This document shows, one piece after another, positions 40,428-47,083 of a stretch of 64,000 nt of DNA. The notes below the pieces were generated by a model that was not told the DNA's origin, made no database searches, and saw nothing but the letters and a program-made list of their open reading frames with translations. The stretch lies in contig OZ246969.1 in the NCBI GenBank assembly GCA_965232345.1, positions 523,987 through 587,986 on the forward strand, given 5' to 3'. Made by a program: the position numbers and the translations under genes. Position 1 is the stretch's first letter. Every line of letters begins with the position of its first letter. The DNA comes from Arenicellales bacterium. Its GTDB lineage: Bacteria; Pseudomonadota; Gammaproteobacteria; Arenicellales; JAJDZL01.

Positions 40428-41219
40428 ATGGACAATGAAATGACGCAAGTCGCAGACGGATCACCGGCAGCCAACGGTGAGCAGAAGGTTGCCATAGAAA
40501 TCAACGAAATGCACAAGTGGTTCGGTGAGTTTCATGTGCTGAAAAACATCAATCTCACGGTTGAGCGCGGCGAGCGGATTGTGATCTGCGGACCGTCGGG
40601 CTCGGGCAAATCCACATTGATCCGATGCATCAACCGCCTTGAGGAGCATCAGCGCGGCGACATCATCGTTGACGGCATCGAGCTGACCAACAATCTCAAG
40701 AACATCTCTGAGATACGCCGCGAGGTGGGCATGGTATTTCAGCACTTCAACCTGTTTCCCCATCTGACCGTGCTTGAGAACTGCACACTGGCGCCGATCT
40801 GGGTGCGGAAGCTGCCTAAGGAGCGTGCTGAGGAGTCCGCCATGAAATATCTTGAGCGGGTGCGCATTCCAGAACAGGCAACGAAATATCCGGGCCAGCT
40901 GTCAGGCGGGCAGCAGCAGCGCGTCGCCATTGCCAGAAGCCTTTGCATGAATCCCAAAATCATGCTGTTCGATGAGCCGACTTCCGCCCTCGATCCGGAA
41001 ATGATCAAGGAAGTGCTTGATGTGATGATTCAACTCGCGCAAAGCGGCATGACCATGCTGGTTGTCACCCATGAGATGGGGTTTGCCAAAACAGTCGCAA
41101 ACCGGGTGATTTTCATGGATGAGGGTGAGATCATTGAACAAAACGAACCCAGTGAATTTTTCGACAACCCGCAGAATGATCGGACCAAGCTGTTTCTGAG
41201 CCAGATCCTTTCTCACTAG
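40428..41219 (+). CDS. aapP: amino-acid ABC transporter ATP-binding protein
   Basis: Walker [10 protein letters not shown], signature LSGGQQQR and Walker [12 protein letters not shown]. The ATG at 40428 is preceded by AAGGAGGA. The 5' extension in the track (40347) overlaps aapM. Confidence 0.88.
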   Translation: MDNEMTQVADGSPAANGEQKVAIEINEMHKWFGEFHVLKNINLTVERGERIVICGPSGSGKSTLIRCINRLEEHQRGDIIVDGIELTNNLKNISEIRREVGMVFQHFNLFPHLTVLENCTLAPIWVRKLPKERAEESAMKYLERVRIPEQATKYPGQLSGGQQQRVAIARSLCMNPKIMLFDEPTSALDPEMIKEVLDVMIQLAQSGMTMLVVTHEMGFAKTVANRVIFMDEGEIIEQNEPSEFFDNPQNDRTKLFLSQILSH

Positions 41220-41327
41220 AATTCCGCACAGCCTGCTTGCTTCCCTGCAGTTCGATACAGGGCCGCAGAATCCGGAATGACTCGAACATCGGACTGACTG
41301 CGGTGTCTGTCTGATTTCTTTCATCCA

Positions 41328-42770
41328 TTGAAGTGTTTTCATTTGGGCCGTCCCAACGTCCTGATCCTCTGCTCTGACGAGCATGCGCGCCGCTACACCG
41401 GCTGCTACGGGCATCCGGCTGTCCACACTCCAACTTTGGATCGGCTTGCTGAACAAGGCACAACGTTCGACCGAGCCTACACACCCTCTCCGATCTGCAT
41501 ACCGGCCCGCGCATCATTGGCGACCGGGTGTCAAGTTCATGAGATCGGCTGCTGGTCATCGGCGCAGGCTTACCATGGACAAGCTGAGAGCTGGATGCAC
41601 AAAGCGCGCGACCATGGCTGCACAGTCATCTCTTTCGGAAAGCTTCACTTCCGCAGCGCGCGGGATGACAACGGGTTCTGCGAAGAGCACGTGCCGATGT
41701 ATCTGGCCAACGATGGGATTGGCTGGCCGACTGGATTGCTTCGCGATCCGCTGCCGACTTTCCGGTCAGCCTTCGAACTGGCAGAGCGAACCGGATGCGG
41801 AGAAAGCGAATACACCGAGTATGATCGCAAGATTGCGGCTGCGGCCTGCAACTGGCTTCGAAAAAACGCGGCAGCACCCCGTCAGAAACCATGGGTTCTG
41901 TTTGTGTCGTTTGTCAGCCCACACTACCCGTTGACCGCACCTGAGCGGTTTTACAATCTGTACAAAGACTCGGACCGATTGGGCAAGCCGATGCCTGCCA
42001 ACGGTTGTACTGAACACCCGGTTCTGCAGGAAGTTCGCCGATATTGGAATTACGATGACTACTTCACAGACGAGCTGCGCATTGAAGCGCGGAAGAACTA
42101 CTTCGGTCTGATCAGTTTTCTGGATGACAATATCCGGCAGGTGCTCGAAGCGCTGGAAGACAGCGGCAATGCGCGCGAGACACTGATTCTCTATACCTCG
42201 GATCACGGTGAGATGCTGGGACACTTGGGGTTCTGGACCAAGTCGGTGATGTACGAGGATTCGGTTGGCATTCCGATGATCGCGACCGGCGGCGGGTTCA
42301 AGCCGCAGCGTTGCAATGCGCCGGTCTCACTGACCAACATCTTTCATACCGTGCTGGAAGCAATCGGAGTTGAACGCACTGAGCCGACTTCCTGTCTTGA
42401 GGAGTCACTGCAGAGCGTTGCATTATGGCCTGGTAAATCTCGGTTTGCATTTTCGCAGTATCACGACGGTGGAACACCCGTTGGGTTTTTCATGATTCGC
42501 GAAAATGACTTCAAGCTGGTTCACTATGCAGGTGGACATTCTCCGCAGCTTTTCAATCTCGCAGAAGATCCCTGGGAGATTGACGATCTTGCACAAGATT
42601 CAACTTATTCTGCCCAACTGCAGCAGTTGCAATGCCGCCTGCACCAAGTGTTGAATCCAGATAGTGTGATTGAAGATTACACGCGCGATCAGGTTGCATT
42701 GATTGAAGCGCTGGGCGGACGCGAGAAAATTCTTTCGATATGGGATTTCAACCACACACCGGTTCAATGA
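41328..42770 (+). CDS. sulfatase family protein (Cys-type, no obvious signal peptide)
   Basis: 480-aa ORF with NVLILCSDEH and the formylglycine motif SPICIPARASLATG (CxPxR). It resembles choline-sulfatase-like cytoplasmic members. The TTG start is uncertain. Confidence 0.8.
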   Translation: MKCFHLGRPNVLILCSDEHARRYTGCYGHPAVHTPTLDRLAEQGTTFDRAYTPSPICIPARASLATGCQVHEIGCWSSAQAYHGQAESWMHKARDHGCTVISFGKLHFRSARDDNGFCEEHVPMYLANDGIGWPTGLLRDPLPTFRSAFELAERTGCGESEYTEYDRKIAAAACNWLRKNAAAPRQKPWVLFVSFVSPHYPLTAPERFYNLYKDSDRLGKPMPANGCTEHPVLQEVRRYWNYDDYFTDELRIEARKNYFGLISFLDDNIRQVLEALEDSGNARETLILYTSDHGEMLGHLGFWTKSVMYEDSVGIPMIATGGGFKPQRCNAPVSLTNIFHTVLEAIGVERTEPTSCLEESLQSVALWPGKSRFAFSQYHDGGTPVGFFMIRENDFKLVHYAGGHSPQLFNLAEDPWEIDDLAQDSTYSAQLQQLQCRLHQVLNPDSVIEDYTRDQVALIEALGGREKILSIWDFNHTPVQ

Positions 42771-42836
42771 CATCGTCTATCTGATTTCAGACTTGCCTGC
42801 CGATTCAAACGATTGACGCCAAATTCTTGCGCGTGC

Positions 42837-43575
42837 TCAATTTCCGAGTCGCTGGTTTTCTGATCGCGACTCAGCGCGCAAAATCAAAACCAAGACTGCT
42901 TGCCAGATTCTTGCTGACGATTGCTCACTGCGAATCTTGCAACAGGCCAATCCAATCAACAGCGCACTGTACCAAGTGACGGTCAAACCAATCAGAAGAT
43001 GGCGATTGGGCAGCGAAGCAGTCATCGATTATTTTTGGCAGGCTCTCACGGTAAATCAGATCATCAGTGTGCGAATCAATCAGCACAACTTCACATACCT
43101 CGCGGGTTGCCAAGTATTTATGAATAAGGTGAGCCGCGCAAATCAGTGGCCGGGTGGAAGCCCTATCTTGAATGCCGCTATTTTCCACTTCGCGCAAAGG
43201 CTATCCGTATGAAGCGAGTGCTTGTGCATGCTTGCGCAACTTTGGTTCCAACACCGGTTTCAGCGACATCTATCTCGGCTTCCTTAATCGCTTCAGGAAA
43301 ATCTTTCGTCACAGGTTTGGGGACGACGCAAGGAATATCTCAATCACCCAGGGTCATAGCGTAAACTCCAAAACTGCGCGTTGCCCGCTTCGGCATTGGT
43401 TCACAGGGTCTACGCGAATTTAGATTTGGTGCGAAAGCAGGACCGGTTCGGATGGCTCTCACTGGCAGCACGGTTTCACCTGGCATTGACATTCTGATTG
43501 AACTGAAAGGAAGGGATGCTGTCTTGCAAAGACTAGGTGCCGCTTTGGGGTGGCTTGACAGACTTACCGACACAG
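42837..43575 (-). pseudogene. decayed remnant of a cbbQ/norQ-like 3' part plus cbbO/norD-like 5' end
   Basis: Fragmented frames align by eye to the intact pair at 53233-55753. Examples: DFPEAIKEAEIDVAETGV vs DFPEAAKEAEIVVAETGV; STRPLICAAHLI..EVVLIDSHTDDLIYRESL vs STRLLVHAAHLI..EVALVDSLTDDLIIRESL; LIGLTVTWYSAL vs IDGLTVIWYSAL. At least one frameshift is present, the Walker A region is missing, and the cbbO part is truncated after about 45 codons. Confidence 0.65.
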
Positions 43576-43745
43576 AAAGACACTGCGTTTCGGTCTTTGC
43601 CTGACTGACGGCTTTCGGCTCGTCTTCAGGAAAAATTGAATCCTTTCACCTCATCGGCATTGACTCTCACAGCCGATTTCGAACCTCCGTTCTCCTGGCG
43701 CTCAGAGGCGATGCCAGGGAATTTTGAACTGTTCGAATATTGGGC

Positions 43746-43773
43746 TTGACTTTTGGGCGGGGGGGGGTAGAAT
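43746..43773 (+). promoter_or_regulatory. sigma70-like promoter TTGACT-N16-TAGAAT with a G9 homopolymer filling the spacer
   Basis: -35 TTGACT at 43746-43751, G9 at 43759-43767, -10 TAGAAT at 43768-43773. It lies about 130 nt upstream of the first pentapeptide-repeat gene (ATG 43905, RBS AGGAGG). Confidence 0.4.
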
Positions 43774-43904
43774 TCCCCGCTTGGCAACACTCCGACTGTC
43801 GAATTCAATGCAGCTTTCTTGACTGACGCTCCTTTGAAGACACAGCTCTCGGGGGATTGACCAGATTGAACTAACAATGACAAATCTAATTTTAGGAGGT
43901 CACC

Positions 43905-44402
43905 ATGATCGGGAGAACTTTTTCCGCAATCCTGATGTTTGCAATTCTGGGCAGCTCAGCGCTCGCCTGCCAGTTTGAACCGGGCGACGACTGCTCGGGC
44001 ATGATTCTCGAAGGAGTCGATTTTTACCAGTTGCTGGCTGAGGATCAGGGGAAATGGGCTCTAAATGGAATTAACTTTTCGGGGGCGCATCTGAAAGGTG
44101 CGAGTTTCAGATACATGGAACTCGCAGGAGTAAACTTTGAATATGCAGATCTTCGCGAGGCTAATCTCAGCAACGCAAACTTGAAAGGAGCAAATTTAAA
44201 CCAGTCTAATTTGACAGAAGCCAGTTTCCTAAATGCGAATCTTGAAGGTGCCCATCTGAGACTTGCAAAAATTGCCGGCGCGTTCTTTCTGGGCGCCAAT
44301 CTGAAAGATGCGAATCTCAGCGGGGCAAGCGAGCTTACTGAAGTTAGAGGTGGTCTGACGGTACACTCTCCCGCCCATTTCGAAGGCGCAACCTTCAAAT
44401 GA
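43905..44402 (+). CDS. secreted pentapeptide-repeat protein
   Basis: 165-aa ORF. The signal peptide ends ALA|C and the mature N-terminus is CQFEPGDDC. Consecutive A(D/N)LxG-type pentapeptides follow (ANLSNANLKGANLNQSNLTEASFLNANLEGAHL). Confidence 0.8.
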   Translation: MIGRTFSAILMFAILGSSALACQFEPGDDCSGMILEGVDFYQLLAEDQGKWALNGINFSGAHLKGASFRYMELAGVNFEYADLREANLSNANLKGANLNQSNLTEASFLNANLEGAHLRLAKIAGAFFLGANLKDANLSGASELTEVRGGLTVHSPAHFEGATFK

Positions 44403-44476
44403 GCTTTGCCATGGAATATTGAAGTGAACACACTTCAAAGATTCAGACGAAGCAACCAAAAAATGGAGAGGACACT

Positions 44477-45049
44477 ATGAGACGTATGAGAATGTTGTCG
44501 CTGACCGCACTGATTGCGGCTCTCGTCACAAACCCGGCCATGGCGGCTTGCGACTACTCGGATCTGAAACCATTCGCCAACTGCCCGAACTCCACTCTTG
44601 CGGGAATTTACCACCCTCAAGGTGTCCTCGTGAATCTTGAGGGCATCAATCTTTCAGGCTCGCACCTGGTCAAAGCGGAAATGAGCGAATGGAACTTGAC
44701 CAATGCCAATCTGGAAGGAGCCGATCTTTCGGATTCAGACTTGTCGGGCGCACGGCTTCAAGGTGCCAATCTGAAGGGGGCGAATTTGAGCCGGGTGAAT
44801 CTTTCGAAAACGCGCGTCGAAATCGTTGAATCCCAAGGATTTGGCGCTCTCAGCGTAACCGAATTTTTTGGCGGTGAAAATCGCGTGCAATTGGAGTCCG
44901 GCACCGATCTTCAAGGAGCGAACCTTGAGGGTGCCAATCTCGAAGGCGCACTCACGGATGGCGCCAATTTTGCCGGTGCCAACCTGAAGAACGCCACCTT
45001 GGACAATCCTACATATTGGCAGGCGAAGCTGCAGGGCGCGAAGATGTAG
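44477..45049 (+). CDS. secreted pentapeptide-repeat protein
   Basis: 190-aa ORF. The signal peptide ends AMA|A, followed by CDYSDLKPFANC, then pentapeptide runs (ANLEGADLSDSDLSGARLQGANLKGANLSRVNL ... ANLEGANLEGAL). Confidence 0.8.
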   Translation: MRRMRMLSLTALIAALVTNPAMAACDYSDLKPFANCPNSTLAGIYHPQGVLVNLEGINLSGSHLVKAEMSEWNLTNANLEGADLSDSDLSGARLQGANLKGANLSRVNLSKTRVEIVESQGFGALSVTEFFGGENRVQLESGTDLQGANLEGANLEGALTDGANFAGANLKNATLDNPTYWQAKLQGAKM

Positions 45050-45168
45050 CCTCGCGAAGCTTGGCGAAATCAATAACAGACCCTCAGTCCGCGAGTGAGT
45101 GAACTGCAGGGTTTAGTTTTTCTGAAAGAAATGCAATCAATATAGATCTCAATCTTGGAGGATGAGTG

Positions 45169-45678
45169 ATGAAAAGACTAATGACATCAGTTTTGATTTT
45201 TGCTCTGTTCAGCGGGTCAGCTTCGGCTTGTGAATTGGAACCTGGCGCAGACTGTTCAGGTGCCAATCTGGAAGGAGTTGATTTGTCCCAGCTGCTGGGT
45301 GCGGACCAGGGCAGATGGTGGCTGGATGGGATCAACTTCAAGGGGGCGAACCTGAAGAATGCGAACCTCGCATACATGAATCTTCCTGGAGCGAACCTGC
45401 AAGGTGCGAACCTGGAAAAAGTGAATTTCACACACGTGGATTTAGCCGGCGCGAACTTGAAGGGAGCGAATCTGCTCAATTCTGATTTGACAGGTGCCAG
45501 TTTCATGAATGCGAATCTTGAAGGGGCCAATCTAAAAAATTCGAAAATCGCCGGCACGTTTTTTCTGAACGCCAATCTGAAGGGTGTGAACATAAGCGGG
45601 GCGAAAGCGTATAGCCAGATTGAAGGCGGTTTCGTGATACCTTTCGCCGCCCACTTCGAAGGCGCTAGATTCGAGTGA
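45169..45678 (+). CDS. secreted pentapeptide-repeat protein (paralog of 43905-44402)
   Basis: The signal peptide ends ASA|C, followed by CELEPGADC, with the same architecture and C-terminal HFEGARFE. The ATG at 45169 lies 6 nt after GGAGGA; the track starts at GTG 45166. Confidence 0.8.
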   Translation: MKRLMTSVLIFALFSGSASACELEPGADCSGANLEGVDLSQLLGADQGRWWLDGINFKGANLKNANLAYMNLPGANLQGANLEKVNFTHVDLAGANLKGANLLNSDLTGASFMNANLEGANLKNSKIAGTFFLNANLKGVNISGAKAYSQIEGGFVIPFAAHFEGARFE

Positions 45679-45771
45679 ATTCCTTCGGTGAGGTAACTGC
45701 ACACCCCACTCTGAACCGACAGCACCCGCTGTCAGTGCGCCAGAACGGTTTCCTTTAGGGTGTGCAGTTGC
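45653..45771 (+). repeat. copy 1 of a direct repeat of about 119 bp (last 8 codons of the pentapeptide gene plus a structured element)
   Basis: acttcgaaggcgctagattcgagtgaattc... through ...ggtgtgcagttgc. Internal terminal inverted repeats are GTAACTGCACACC / GGTGTGCAGTTGC. It aligns along its whole length with 46919-47037. Confidence 0.7.
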
Positions 45772-45850
45772 AATGCAATTTCAAATTCGTGCAGCATGAT
45801 CAAATGCCAGCGAACGTTTTCCAATTAATCCATAGCGATAAGGGTGCAGT

Positions 45851-46861
45851 ATGAGATGTCTAACAAAATTACTATTGGTGATGATCGCATTTGTTTGGTG
45901 GGGAGCTGCGGTAGCTGGCCTGTCGCCTAGCGCACAGGCGGCTGAATGCCAAGAAGAGGGGTTTCTTGAGAATCTTTTTTGGGAGACCCCTGCCGGTGAT
46001 ATCGCGAAAAACCTACGCGCCTGCATAGCCGCAGGTTTGGATGTCAATGTGCAGAACGAGTCCGGTTGGACTCTGCTGCACATCAGTGTGCGGGAAGGCC
46101 GCACTGAGCTTGCGGCGATTCTGATTGAAGCCGGCGCCAATGTCCATGCACAGGGTCATCAGGAGGATGCTACCCCGCTGCACAGCGCGGCTGCTCGCGG
46201 CCATCTCAATATTGCGGCCGCTCTGATCAAAGCCGGCGCCGATGTCAATGCACAGTCGTATTCCCTTTCTACCCCGTTGCACAGCGCGGCAGCCGGCAGC
46301 CACCTTGAGATCGCAGCCGCTCTGATCAAAGCCGGTGCCGATGTCAATGCGCGGGACCTTTGGAAAAACACTCCCCTGCACAATGCAGCAACCGGCGGCC
46401 ACTTTGAGATCGCGGTCGCTCTAATTGAGTCCGGCGCCGATGTCAGTGCGCAGAACAAGTTTAGAGACACCCCGCTGCATAACGCGGCGGCCGACGGCCA
46501 CCTCGAGTTTGCGGCCGCTCTGATAAAGGCCGGTGCCGATCTCAATGTGGGGGACGATGGGAATATGACCCCGCTGTACACCGCGGCGGCCGCTGGCCAC
46601 CTCGAGATTACGACTGCTATGATCGAAGCCGGCGCCGATGTCAATGTGAAGACCAGTTGGAATGACACCACACTGCACTACGCGGCAACAAAAGGTCACA
46701 TTGAAATTGCGGCCGCTCTGATTGAGGCCGGCGCCGATCTTCATGCGCTGGACAACAGCGACCGTACCCCCGTGGAAGTCGCTGAGAGCGGAGGACATGC
46801 GGCACTGGTGAAAATGCTGCGGATCGCAGTTTTTGAAGAATTAGTTCGGTCGACCGAGTAG
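45851..46861 (+). CDS. secreted ankyrin-repeat protein
   Basis: 336-aa ORF. The signal peptide ends AQA|AE. Seven full 33-aa ANK units (TPLHxAAxxGHLEIAAALIKAGADVNA...) plus capping units. Confidence 0.85.
   Translation: MRCLTKLLLVMIAFVWWGAAVAGLSPSAQAAECQEEGFLENLFWETPAGDIAKNLRACIAAGLDVNVQNESGWTLLHISVREGRTELAAILIEAGANVHAQGHQEDATPLHSAAARGHLNIAAALIKAGADVNAQSYSLSTPLHSAAAGSHLEIAAALIKAGADVNARDLWKNTPLHNAATGGHFEIAVALIESGADVSAQNKFRDTPLHNAAADGHLEFAAALIKAGADLNVGDDGNMTPLYTAAAAGHLEITTAMIEAGADVNVKTSWNDTTLHYAATKGHIEIAAALIEAGADLHALDNSDRTPVEVAESGGHAALVKMLRIAVFEELVRSTE
46070..46770 (+). repeat. tandem 99-bp (33-codon) ankyrin coding repeats
   Basis: DNA strings such as gccgctctgatcaaagccggcgccgatgtcaatgc recur at a 99-bp period. 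The repeats are coding. Confidence 0.8.
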
Positions 46862-46918
46862 CGGATCTTCGGATTCGTGTGAAAAAGGCTTGCAGGTCTA
46901 CGAAATTTCTTCTCGCTT

Positions 46919-47037
46919 ACTTCGAAGGCGCTAGATTCGAGTGAATTCTTTTGATGAGGCAACAGCACACCCTTCCTCTGTATCGCCAGCACCCGCTGTA
47001 AGCGGGTCAGAGCGGGTTCCATTTAGGTGTGCAGTTG
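46919..47037 (+). repeat. copy 2 of the direct repeat of about 119 bp (orphan pentapeptide-gene 3' end plus a structured element)
   Basis: It encodes an orphan ..YFEGARFE-stop with no gene body upstream. Terminal inverted repeats are GGCAACAGCACACC / GGTGTGCAGTTGCC, with an inner ACCCGCT-gtaa-AGCGGGT hairpin. Confidence 0.7.
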
Positions 47038-47083
47038 CCCTTTTTGTAAATTTTGTACTGATTCAAAAATAAGGAGAAAAACA

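Noticed and set aside
43626-43883. An 85-aa minus-strand ORF spanning the G9 tract (its translation contains PPPP).
   Set aside because: It has no family resemblance. It lies between the cbbQ ghost and the pentapeptide gene and is more simply explained as intergenic or promoter DNA.
44045-46798. Long minus-strand ORFs inside the pentapeptide and ankyrin genes (44045-44431, 45084-45725 at 213 aa, 46013-46402, 46159-46671, 46421-46798).
   Set aside because: They mirror the plus-strand repeat genes and translate to low-complexity Ala/Arg/Phe/Ser strings. They lack RBS or signal features. The plus-strand frames have clear family signatures, signal peptides and Shine-Dalgarno sites. Repeat composition keeps antisense frames open by chance.
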